Position numbers and translations under genes: made by a program. Below the pieces are notes generated by a model. It was not told where the DNA came from, made no database searches, and was given only the letters and a program-made list of their open reading frames with translations. From the NCBI GenBank assembly GCA_964579845.1, contig CAZOHC010000001.1, positions 27,196 through 91,195 of the forward strand: a stretch of DNA of 64,000 bases, read 5' to 3'. This document shows, piece after piece, positions 38,241 to 46,449 of the stretch. Numbering within the stretch: position 1 is the stretch's first letter; each line of letters begins with the position of its first letter. This DNA comes from an uncultured Gammaproteobacteria bacterium (GTDB taxonomy: Bacteria > Patescibacteriota > Microgenomatia > Levybacterales > UBA12049).

Positions 38241-38801
38241 TTATGACCCCGGGCAAACCACTGTATCAACCAACCACGTTCCCTGCTCTTTAAGCACAAT
38301 GACCGAGATTTTTTGGGCAAAGCCATTGCCTGACTGTAAAACAACTGTTGCGACTGCACGTTGAGGATCCTCATAGTCTACCGTCTCAACTGATGTACTT
38401 CCTCCCGTATTCTGTGAACACAGCACCGGATCAGCCCTGAATAATGTGGCTTTATTTTCCTGCAGGTTTTCAAGAAACGCATCCGTCGTAAACGCTATCT
38501 CTTCCTGACAGTACAGACTTACCCGCCCCCTTGCCTCAGCAGGAGGCTGTGAAAGACACGACGTATACGCCGTATAGAACTCACTGATGACAGTCTTAAT
38601 CGCTGCCGTATCCTGCTCAATGATTGAGGTCGTTGGAGTCGTCTGCGAAGCAGGCGGAATCGTCGGCTGAAGCGGCGAGGTGACCTGTTCCGGTGCTGAA
38701 AAACCATAATAGAAAAAACCGACCCCCAGCCCAATGACCAGAAAGAGCCCGAAAAAGAGTAACAGTATTTGTTTCATGTGTATCCCGTTATTCATCAGCA
38801 T
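38241..38801 (-). CDS. secreted hypothetical protein
   Basis: 186 aa; signal/TM anchor, Pro/Thr-rich spacer, two Cys; no motif. Confidence 0.4.
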   Translation of the reverse strand: MLMNNGIHMKQILLLFFGLFLVIGLGVGFFYYGFSAPEQVTSPLQPTIPPASQTTPTTSIIEQDTAAIKTVISEFYTAYTSCLSQPPAEARGRVSLYCQEEIAFTTDAFLENLQENKATLFRADPVLCSQNTGGSTSVETVDYEDPQRAVATVVLQSGNGFAQKISVIVLKEQGTWLVDTVVCPGS

Positions 38802-38957
38802 GTGCGTTGGCAGAGGATCATACGATCAAACGTAGGTTTTCTACGGCAAGTATAGCAAATCATCGAAGCGTTCACTCCCTGCAAAAAGCCCACTCTTACA
38901 TGATCTTTGCGGAAATGTTACGAATCATTGGATTTTGATAGCTATACTTTAGATATG

Positions 38958-39995
38958 ATTCGTCTTGGCTATGCTCTCTCAGGTGAAGAACATGACGCAC
39001 CGACGCTCATCACACATGCAGCGCGTGCGGAACAGGCGGGCTTCTCCTTTGCATTAGTTTCTGATCACTACCATCCTTGGATCAATCAACAGGGAGAGTC
39101 CCCGTTCGTCTGGGCTGTCCTCGGAGGCATTGCTCAACAGACACAAACAATACAGATCGGAACCGGCGTCACATGTCCAATTATCCGAATGCATCCTGCT
39201 ATTATCGCACAGGCTGCTGCAACAGTCGGACAGTTACTCGAAGATAGATTCTTCCTGGGTGTCGGAACAGGAGAAAATCTGAACGAGCACGTCATCGGGC
39301 AGGGCTGGCCGCCGATCGGAATACGCCAACAGATGCTTCGTGAGGCAATTCAGATTATACGATTACTGTGGGAAGGGAAAAATACAAATTTTAACGGAGA
39401 GTTTTACACCGTTGAAGACGCCAGAATCTATTCGCTTCCTGCGACACTCCCTAAGATCATGGTCGCTGCCTCAGGTCCGTTCAGTACTATTCTCGCAGCG
39501 CAGGTTGGAGACGGCTTTATCACCACATCACCCAACCGAGAACTTGTACAGACATTTGAAGAAACAGCCGGAACGGAAAAACCCAAATACGGGCAGATCA
39601 CTGTTTGTGTGGCAAAAAACGAAACAGACGCACTCAAAACAGCGATGAAGTGGTGGCCAAACAGTGCCATTCCGGGACAGTTTTCTCAGGAAGCGCGTAT
39701 TCCTGCGTACTTTGAGCAGGCAGCCAAACTCGTCACACCTGATCATATCAAGAAAAACTATGTCTTAGGAGCAGACCCGAAGAAACATCTTGAGGAGATT
39801 AAAAAATATGCTGACGCAGGATTTGATCACATCTATATTCACCAGATCGGACCTGATCAGGAAGCTTTCTTTACGTTATATGAGAAAGAGATTCTTCCTC
39901 AGATCAAAACGCTATCACCTGCTCGTCAAAAAAATGGGCGCAAACGAGGAAGGCCGAAGAAAAACGGCAAGATTCGATTTTCTCCTTCGCTCTAG
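38958..39995 (+). CDS. LLM-class (luciferase-like) flavin/F420-dependent oxidoreductase with a C-terminal AT-hook-like basic tail
   Basis: IRLGYALSGEEH...AGFSFALVSDHYHPW...GVGTGENLNEHV typical of F420-dependent G6PD-like LLM enzymes; the tail QKNGRKRGRPKKNGKIRF contains an RGRP AT-hook core. Confidence 0.75.
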   Translation: MRLGYALSGEEHDAPTLITHAARAEQAGFSFALVSDHYHPWINQQGESPFVWAVLGGIAQQTQTIQIGTGVTCPIIRMHPAIIAQAAATVGQLLEDRFFLGVGTGENLNEHVIGQGWPPIGIRQQMLREAIQIIRLLWEGKNTNFNGEFYTVEDARIYSLPATLPKIMVAASGPFSTILAAQVGDGFITTSPNRELVQTFEETAGTEKPKYGQITVCVAKNETDALKTAMKWWPNSAIPGQFSQEARIPAYFEQAAKLVTPDHIKKNYVLGADPKKHLEEIKKYADAGFDHIYIHQIGPDQEAFFTLYEKEILPQIKTLSPARQKNGRKRGRPKKNGKIRFSPSL

Positions 39996-40010
39996 CTAGT
40001 ACTTCTCTCG

Positions 40011-40087
40011 TGTACCAGGGGTGGGGCACGATCCCACGACCTCAGCGTTATGAATGCTGTGCTCTAACCAGCTGAGCTACCCTGGCT
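40011..40087 (-). tRNA. tRNA with CAU anticodon (Met, or Ile2/lysidine type); non-canonical details (G1.U72, A31.C39, T-loop ATCGTGC)
   Basis: Reverse complement GCCAGGGTAGCTCAGCTGGTTAGAGCACAGCATTCATAACGCTGAGGTCGTGGGATCGTGCCCCACCCCTGGTA folds as a cloverleaf: canonical D-arm, anticodon loop TTCATAA, 5-nt variable loop. Confidence 0.6.
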
Positions 40088-40147
40088 TACCATTGACTCA
40101 AGTGAGTTTGAAATCCCGCTTTTAGCTTCCAAAGTATACCAAATTGT

Positions 40148-40176
40148 TTGACCGTGAAGCAAATAACCTGTATAAT
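40148..40176 (+). promoter_or_regulatory. strong sigma70-type promoter TTGACC-17-TATAAT driving the tRNA-like sRNA
   Basis: TTGACC at 40148-40153, exact 17-nt spacer, TATAAT at 40171-40176; predicted TSS about 40183-40186. Confidence 0.55.
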
Positions 40177-40187
40177 CTCCTTTACGC

Positions 40188-40253
40188 GCGGGGTAGTGTA
40201 AGGCGCACGCGAGGCTCATAATCTTGCAGTCTGGTTTCGATACCAGCCCCGCA
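40188..40253 (+). ncRNA. 66-nt tRNA-like small RNA (7-bp acceptor-like stem, anticodon-like loop CUCAUAA, UUCGAU T-loop-like hairpin; compacted D/T arms)
   Basis: GCGGGGTAGTGTAAGGCGCACGCGAGGCTCATAATCTTGCAGTCTGGTTTCGATACCAGCCCCGCA; 5' GCGGGGU pairs with 3' GCCCCGC; flanked by its own promoter and terminator; about 7 nt too short for a canonical tRNA. Confidence 0.45.
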
Positions 40254-40263
40254 ACACAGAGGA

Positions 40264-40295
40264 ATGAGGAGGATTTTATATCCTCCTCATTTTCT
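40264..40295 (+). terminator. intrinsic terminator (ATGAGGAGGAT-TTTAT-ATCCTCCTCAT then TTTCT)
   Basis: Perfect 11-bp stem and 5-nt loop with a T-run on the + strand; overlaps the stop codon of the convergent methyltransferase gene. Confidence 0.55.
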
Positions 40296-40817
40296 ATATA
40301 ACCTGAGGTTACCATTCTTTTGCACAACCTTCCAGTGAGGGAAAGAGAATGTGTTCAAAATAACCCATGTACCAGGTGTTACCTCGTTCTCCAATTTTTT
40401 CTCAAGACGACGCATCATATACGGTATACCGTAGATGATGAGGATGTCATACTTTGAAAAATCTTCACGCCAGAAGTCCCGCCAGTACACGCTTGCTTTG
40501 TTCTCTACACCGGCTTGCTTGATACGAAATCTGGAATAGATAACCAAGAGCGGGTTAACTTCGTAGCCATGAACTTCAATGCCTTGCCTCGCCAGTGCGA
40601 GCAATATCTTTCCATCACCTGAGCCCAGATCAACCGCTTTCTTCCCTGTGTGGTCCCCGATCATCTCCAGCAGATTTGCAACTGTTTTATCATCGGTTGC
40701 GACATACGGTGCACCACGAGAAGCGATGTAGACGAGAAATAGAAGAACGAGAACTTCAACCAGGAGAAAAAGTGTCAATATAACCAAAAGAACAATGTGT
40801 GCAACTGATAATTCCAT
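40287..40817 (-). CDS. membrane-anchored class I SAM-dependent methyltransferase
   Basis: N-terminal TM; motif I VDLGSGDGKILLALARQG; 176 aa. Confidence 0.7.
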   Translation of the reverse strand: MELSVAHIVLLVILTLFLLVEVLVLLFLVYIASRGAPYVATDDKTVANLLEMIGDHTGKKAVDLGSGDGKILLALARQGIEVHGYEVNPLLVIYSRFRIKQAGVENKASVYWRDFWREDFSKYDILIIYGIPYMMRRLEKKLENEVTPGTWVILNTFSFPHWKVVQKNGNLRLYRK

Positions 40818-41158
40818 TACATAAAGAGCTTATACCACTGCAGCCACACAGGATCAGGCGGAGCAATTTCCTGCTGCGTTTCCTCTTCTTGACCACCAGA
40901 TGCAGGCAGAACGATGACCTGCTCCCCCGGCTTGACCAAGAAGAGACTGTTTCGAGCTTCCTGCTCGAGGTATGCAGGGTGCTCTACCTTCTCTAATTGC
41001 TGCTGTAACATACGTTGTTCCTGCTTTTCCCTCGCCAATTCTTTTCGAGCTGTAACGACTAAATCCTGTTTCTGCCATAAACGGTGGATTGAGTGATAGA
41101 AGTTATTAATGATAAACAGAAAGAGGATGATACTGATAAAAAAGGTTATTTTTTTCAT
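40817..41158 (-). CDS. ftsB: septum formation initiator (FtsB/DivIC family)
   Basis: N-terminal TM, coiled-coil, then YLEQEARNSLFLVKPGEQVIVLP, the conserved DivIC/FtsB C-terminal motif. Confidence 0.65.
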   Translation of the reverse strand: MKKITFFISIILFLFIINNFYHSIHRLWQKQDLVVTARKELAREKQEQRMLQQQLEKVEHPAYLEQEARNSLFLVKPGEQVIVLPASGGQEEETQQEIAPPDPVWLQWYKLFM

Positions 41159-41241
41159 GTTATGGCATTAAAAGTGACTTTTCCCCCTATTTTGTGCTTG
41201 ACTAATGCTTTTTTTCTTGATATTATGGGATATACTAATCT

Positions 41242-42102
41242 ATGGACGCTGTAAAAGTGCGCGAAGCACATCAAAAATTTACTGACTTTTTAAAAGGAAA
41301 GAAGCACTCTAATGCTACTATTTTAGCATACGGGAAAGATATCGATCAGCTCGCCTCTTTCCTCGAAGAGTTGGACAAACACCATATCCACGAAGTAGAA
41401 AAAGGTGATATTGAGGCATTTTTAGCAAAAATGTCTGACAAAGGCTACACCCCGAAATCAATTTCCCGCAAACTCAACTCAACCAGGACATTTTACCGAT
41501 TCCTTAAAGTCAATGAAATCATAACAGACGATCCATCACTGCTTGTTTCACACCCACGCTATGAGCTTGCTCCTCCCCGTATTCTGAAACCGACTGAGTA
41601 TCGGGCACTTCGCGATGCTGCTCGTAATGATGCCCGCATGTACGCAATTATCGAGATTCTGTTGCAGACAGGCATCCGAATCGGAGAGCTTGCCGCACTC
41701 AGAATGGAAGATATTCAAGGTGACACGCTCCGTATCAGGCCGATGGAAAAACATGAAGAGCGGGTTGTTCCTCTTAATCGGCCGGCGAAAGATGCGTTAA
41801 ATCGCTACCTGGCACAACGCCCGCAGGTGGAAGATACACATGTTTTTATCACTAAATCAGGCAAACCGTTCCTCGTCCGAAATATCAGAACCGCGATCGA
41901 GCGATATTTCCGTCTCGCCGGTATCGAAGGTGCAAAAGTAAATGACCTTCGCCACACTTTCGTTGCACACCACATCAAACACGGTGTTTCACTGGTCCTT
42001 CTCTCAAAAGTACTGGGACATAAGAGAATCTCAACGACAGAACGATACCTTGAATACGTCAAAGAGCGCGCGAAAGACACAACACAGCTTTCAGAATTAT
42101 AA
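41242..42102 (+). CDS. xerC: tyrosine site-specific recombinase XerC/XerD family
   Basis: 286 aa; N-terminal core-binding (SAM-like) domain; catalytic-domain motifs LLQTGIRIGEL, HDLRHTFV, LGHKRISTTERYL. Confidence 0.85.
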   Translation: MDAVKVREAHQKFTDFLKGKKHSNATILAYGKDIDQLASFLEELDKHHIHEVEKGDIEAFLAKMSDKGYTPKSISRKLNSTRTFYRFLKVNEIITDDPSLLVSHPRYELAPPRILKPTEYRALRDAARNDARMYAIIEILLQTGIRIGELAALRMEDIQGDTLRIRPMEKHEERVVPLNRPAKDALNRYLAQRPQVEDTHVFITKSGKPFLVRNIRTAIERYFRLAGIEGAKVNDLRHTFVAHHIKHGVSLVLLSKVLGHKRISTTERYLEYVKERAKDTTQLSEL

Positions 42103-42108
42103 CAATCT

Positions 42109-42507
42109 ATGAGCCACGAACGAAGCGACAGACGACACGAAGAACTCCCCCAAAAGACTAATGCGCTCTTCAACCCTGGTTCTGTCTATGAAGGCATCGC
42201 ACCGGTTGTAGATATCTTAACAAGAAATCTTGCTGAACCGAAGTCATATTCTGAGGTATTTGACTTAATGAGAAAAAATGCTCCGGATCTGGATTATACC
42301 TACGGAATCCAGGTGGCACGAGATCACGGTATAATCAATGAACGATCAGTCGACAATAAGCTCGTTAATGGCCCACGTTTTACCAGACAACTCCTATTAC
42401 CGGGGTTTGATACAGAAGAACTCCAGAGGGAGCGGAGAGAGAACATGGTTCCCTTCACCAAAGAAGCGGTTGTTTTTCGTGATCCTACTCTAAAATCAGA
42501 CGAGTAA
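42109..42507 (+). CDS. hypothetical protein
   Basis: 132-aa ORF 6 nt downstream of xerC; no motif. Confidence 0.4.
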   Translation: MSHERSDRRHEELPQKTNALFNPGSVYEGIAPVVDILTRNLAEPKSYSEVFDLMRKNAPDLDYTYGIQVARDHGIINERSVDNKLVNGPRFTRQLLLPGFDTEELQRERRENMVPFTKEAVVFRDPTLKSDE

Positions 42508-43210
42508 ATCCTTCAGCGTACATGCATCCGGCATGTTTGCCAAAGACCTCAGCGCGACGACGAACTCTATCCTTTGTCTCCTCACTATCTGAAACCTGAC
42601 TGACGTGCGCTGCAATTGCCTGCCATTTCTTTTCAAACTGTTCGGAGATATCAATTACATGGTTCGGATTTTCAAACGCGACCATCCAAAGTTCTTTGAC
42701 ATGATGCGGTGAAAGTCCTGCTGCTTCATGCTCAGGATAGGTCAACCGGTCACGGGCGTACGGAAAACACGCATCCATGACAGCCTGACCACAAGCCCTA
42801 TGATCTGAGTGATTGACAAAGCTCCCTTTTCCCCACGGAGACTGTGTAATATATACAGTCGTCGGATCCCATGAGATTACAATGTCAGGCTTTATTTTCC
42901 TGATGATCTCGACAATCTCTTCGCGTACTTCCTGATTACAATCAAGCTGCGTATCCTTATGATCGAGAAAGAAGACATCTTTCAGGCCGAGGAGCTTTCC
43001 GGCATCGATCTGCTCCTGCCGTCTGATTGCCGCGAGTTGTTCGTGTGTCATCGATGGGTCTTCCGAACCACGTGAACCGTCAGTACAGATGAGATAGTAA
43101 CAATCATGCCCTTCTTCAGCGAATTTTGCAACAGTTCCTGAGGAAGTAAAATCCATATCATCAGCATGAGCTCCGACAGCCAGGATCACTTTTTTATCGT
43201 GCGTGTCCAT
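42485..43210 (-). CDS. PIG-L/LmbE-family N-acetylglucosaminyl deacetylase
   Basis: VILAVGAHADDMDF...HDCYYLICTDGSRGS...HSDHR zinc-binding motifs of the PIG-L family. Confidence 0.8.
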   Translation of the reverse strand: MDTHDKKVILAVGAHADDMDFTSSGTVAKFAEEGHDCYYLICTDGSRGSEDPSMTHEQLAAIRRQEQIDAGKLLGLKDVFFLDHKDTQLDCNQEVREEIVEIIRKIKPDIVISWDPTTVYITQSPWGKGSFVNHSDHRACGQAVMDACFPYARDRLTYPEHEAAGLSPHHVKELWMVAFENPNHVIDISEQFEKKWQAIAAHVSQVSDSEETKDRVRRRAEVFGKHAGCMYAEGFTRLILE

Positions 43211-43360
43211 AATGATGAGATTATACCATACAAACCAACAGGAGAACTACTACAGGCTTGGAGGTGGGAGTACTTGGGATCCCTGGCCGCACTCGGCGAC
43301 GACGAAAGCACTGCAGACGGGGAACCAAGGACCACTTCGTTACCTGCCTTGCTTTACTTG

Positions 43361-43432
43361 TGCGTCCGCTTGGGATCGAACCAAGGACCACTACTTTATA
43401 AGAATAGCGCTCTACCACTGAGCTACGGACGC
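43361..43432 (-). tRNA. tRNA-Ile with UAU anticodon
   Basis: Reverse complement GCGTCCGTAGCTCAGTGGTAGAGCGCTATTCTTATAAAGTAGTGGTCCTTGGTTCGATCCCAAGCGGACGCA: perfect 7-bp acceptor, canonical D and T arms (TTCGATC), anticodon loop CTTATAA. Confidence 0.7.
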
Positions 43433-43515
43433 AACGAATATGCAGGCTGGGTACTGAGCCACACACCCGATGTAGGTAATTTTAACAAAGCGAGCCTCAA
43501 GAAGACAAGGGAGAC

Positions 43516-45882
43516 TTATAATCGGGATCGCTGAGCAATCTCTGCTTCAACTGTCTGGACAGAGCGACCGTATTTGAGTCGTGAAAGCTCTTTTATAAGC
43601 TCAGCAACCCTCGGATTCATGAGGGCTTTTTCTTTTGAGATATCTTTGGTCGTATCAAGTGAGAATGGCGGCACAGGTTCACCGTTGACAAGCGTCCGCA
43701 TGTAGCAGTTAAAGCGATCGATATTAATCAAATCAGCTTCACCGAATGTCGGCTGGAACTCATGCTGCAGATAATTAGCATCAGTAACACCAACTCTGAA
43801 AGAAGCAATCGTACCGACATTACCGAAAATAGCATTCTTCACTTCCTCTTCCATCTGTCCGACAAACTGGTTCGCAACGATCAGGCTCAAACGATATTTC
43901 CTCGCTTCTGAGAGAATTTGTGCAAAGTCAGGCGTTGCGAAGTTTTGGAACTCGTCAACATACAGGAAAAAATCCCGTCGTTGATCCTGCGGCATATCCT
44001 GTCTGCTCATCGCTGAGATTAAGATCTTCGGAACCAGAATTAATCCCAAAAAACTCGAATTTTCCTCACCGATTTTACCCTTGGAAAGGTTTACCAGCAG
44101 AATTTTCCCGGTATCCATTACCTCACGGAAGTTAAACGCATTATCAGATTGCCCGATAATATTTCTGATCATTTTATTGGTCACAAACCGACCGAATTTG
44201 GAGACGATATAGTCAAGCGTCTCTGATTTATGGAAGTCAGACGTATTTGCGATCTGATCAGTCCAGTACCGCCTGATAACCGGGTCCTCAACTTTCGGCA
44301 ACAACTCCTGCACAAAACTCTGATCCGTAAGCGCCCGGACTACCTCCATAAAGGTTGCTCCCGGCTCATACATACAGGTCAACATCGCATTTCTGATTGC
44401 ATGCTCAAACCGAGGCCCGATAATTCCTGTCTTGTTCGGGTCAAAGAGCTTGTACATAAGGCCGATGACTGAGGAGACCATCAGATGCTTCTGCTGCTCG
44501 GTTTTCCCTTCAAGTAAATTAAATCCCATGGGACGCTCCGTATCCCCCGGATCAAACAAGATAACGTCTTCTGCGCGGTGTGGCGGCACCATCTGTAGGA
44601 TATCTTCGATCAAGTCCCCGTGCGGATCGACAACAGCCAATCCTTCGCCGTTGTTAATATCCTGCATGATCATCTGCTTTAAAAACTCTGACTTACCGGT
44701 ACCGGTTTTTCCGATGATATAGGTATGACGCATTCTGTCTTCCCGGCCGACATACACAGGCTTGGAGATGCCACGAAACGTACTCTTTCCCAGATACAGT
44801 CCTTCGGTCGGAATATTAGCAGGAGCAGGCGCACGCTTCGAGTTGACCCAGTGGATACCCGGTGTTGTGACTGATTTATTCGGAAAGTGGAAAAAGGTTG
44901 CGAGTTCTTCCGTATTCAGAATTGAGGTGTGCCCCCAGAGCGGAAAGTACCGATAAATAAAATCCTGCATGAAAAGCCCTTTCATGCGAATCTTCGATTT
45001 CGTGAACGAATTCTGGCCGCTGTACTGTTCCAACGAATGAACGATATTATCAAGGTGTGCACTTGCTGCTTCTTTGGTGCTTGAGGAGACGACGACCCGT
45101 ACTGTGGTCAAAAACCCCGGCTTACCCACTTTTGTCTCAATCCCCTCCAGCTCTTTCGAGTCAGCTGAATATTTGGCGGTTTCCGGGTTTGCTTCATTTT
45201 TTTTGGTTTTGGCGATATAGTCTTTCCCGGCTTTCTTCCAGTCAGAACCGGCAGGACTGATCATCAGTTGGATAGCAGCGCCTTCTCCCGGTCCCATTTT
45301 GGCAAGAATTGAGGTGAGTGAGGACAGCGGATCAACCGGCAGATCTTTAAAGACTTTGAGCGGTTTGTAATCAGCGTCTTTTAAGCGCAGACTCGCAAAA
45401 GCAACCTTCCCATCCTCTGAAAAGATGTTATACTCGCCGCCTACTAACGCATCTGAACGCTGTTTTGCTGCAGGATCGGTTATCTCGACAACTTCAGCCT
45501 CAGGATAGGCACCGTTTATCTGTTTTTCGACAAAGTCACGCAGTTTTTTCGGGACATGGATATAGAATCTGATATCGCCGGGCTGTCCGACCATCTCAAA
45601 GGTGAGGTGAGGTGCCCGCTTCATCTGATACCACTTCGGCTGCTTTCCGATCGATGCGAGCGAGGAAAATAACTGTTCTGCAGCATCTATCTTTACTTCA
45701 TTATCACGAGGAAGGGCAACCTGCAGTAACGATGATTCCAGTGAGTCCTGTTCTCTTTTTTTATTTCGAAGCCACAGCCGAAGCGCTAAGAAGCCGACAA
45801 ATCCCAGTCCGGCAAATACTCCGATCGCCAGCAGACTTATGATGAGGGTGAGCATTAATTGATTGATTGTATCTAGGTCCAT
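43516..45882 (-). CDS. membrane-anchored FtsK/HerA-superfamily ATPase with a TraD/VirD4 (type IV coupling protein)-like NBD and TraM-recognition-like C-terminal region
   Basis: 788 aa; N-terminal TM helix, about 350-aa unassigned domain, Walker A IIGKTGTGKSEF, Walker B LYVDEFQNF, C-terminal block RKYRLSLIVANQFVGQ...IASFRVG. Confidence 0.7.
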   Translation of the reverse strand: MDLDTINQLMLTLIISLLAIGVFAGLGFVGFLALRLWLRNKKREQDSLESSLLQVALPRDNEVKIDAAEQLFSSLASIGKQPKWYQMKRAPHLTFEMVGQPGDIRFYIHVPKKLRDFVEKQINGAYPEAEVVEITDPAAKQRSDALVGGEYNIFSEDGKVAFASLRLKDADYKPLKVFKDLPVDPLSSLTSILAKMGPGEGAAIQLMISPAGSDWKKAGKDYIAKTKKNEANPETAKYSADSKELEGIETKVGKPGFLTTVRVVVSSSTKEAASAHLDNIVHSLEQYSGQNSFTKSKIRMKGLFMQDFIYRYFPLWGHTSILNTEELATFFHFPNKSVTTPGIHWVNSKRAPAPANIPTEGLYLGKSTFRGISKPVYVGREDRMRHTYIIGKTGTGKSEFLKQMIMQDINNGEGLAVVDPHGDLIEDILQMVPPHRAEDVILFDPGDTERPMGFNLLEGKTEQQKHLMVSSVIGLMYKLFDPNKTGIIGPRFEHAIRNAMLTCMYEPGATFMEVVRALTDQSFVQELLPKVEDPVIRRYWTDQIANTSDFHKSETLDYIVSKFGRFVTNKMIRNIIGQSDNAFNFREVMDTGKILLVNLSKGKIGEENSSFLGLILVPKILISAMSRQDMPQDQRRDFFLYVDEFQNFATPDFAQILSEARKYRLSLIVANQFVGQMEEEVKNAIFGNVGTIASFRVGVTDANYLQHEFQPTFGEADLINIDRFNCYMRTLVNGEPVPPFSLDTTKDISKEKALMNPRVAELIKELSRLKYGRSVQTVEAEIAQRSRL

Positions 45883-45890
45883 GATCCTCC

Positions 45891-46370
45891 TTAGATGACC
45901 TTTTCCATGCCGAATTTTTCCAGGACATACTTGGAGAGCATTGCAAGCCAGGTCTTGGAGTTACCGGGGTTACCTGAGCTTTCTTTCTTTGCCTCTTCAT
46001 AGTTCATTGCTGTCGGGAGCTGAACAGATGGTTGTGTCGGTTCGAGCGTCGTCTGCGGCTCAAAAGAGACAGGAACCGCATCTTTTGCCGGCCTGACACC
46101 TGCATCTCTCGCCTCTTCAGGAATACTCGGCTGTTCGTGTGAGGGTACGACCTCAACACCTGCTTCTTTCACATCCGGCGGAAGCTCCGGTGATGCTTCT
46201 GCAGGATGAGGTGAAACATACTCACGCACCTGCCCTATCGGTCCGTGTTCTTTATTACCGATACTCACAGGGGCAACCGGTTCAGGCTGCTGCTTCGCCG
46301 TATCAGTCTGAGACTGCGTTGGTAAAGCGGTATCAACGGCAATGTTTTGTGTGGAAGTGTTGGTGTCCAT
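45891..46370 (-). CDS. hypothetical low-complexity Pro/Glu/Thr-rich protein with a C-terminal amphipathic helix
   Basis: 159 aa; 9 nt upstream of the ATPase gene on the same strand. Confidence 0.4.
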   Translation of the reverse strand: MDTNTSTQNIAVDTALPTQSQTDTAKQQPEPVAPVSIGNKEHGPIGQVREYVSPHPAEASPELPPDVKEAGVEVVPSHEQPSIPEEARDAGVRPAKDAVPVSFEPQTTLEPTQPSVQLPTAMNYEEAKKESSGNPGNSKTWLAMLSKYVLEKFGMEKVI

Positions 46371-46449
46371 ATAGGATTATCTTAGCATGAATACGAGGGA
46401 GACACAATGAAATTAGCCTTATACCAAGCTTACAGCATGCTTATAATCG

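Noticed and set aside
40011-42102. xerC-like recombinase near tRNA(CAU) as the integrase of an integrated mobile element
   Set aside because: The intervening genes are housekeeping (methyltransferase, ftsB/divIC). The recombinase has the XerC/D-type SAM-like N-domain and typical length; no direct repeats of the tRNA 3' end flank it.
43253-43345. A second complete tRNA (long-variable-arm or tRNA-Sec) next to tRNA-Ile
   Set aside because: No strand or register gives a 7-bp acceptor stem or a D-arm; only the anticodon-stem/T-arm segment of tRNA-Ile is duplicated, so it is treated as a fragment remnant.
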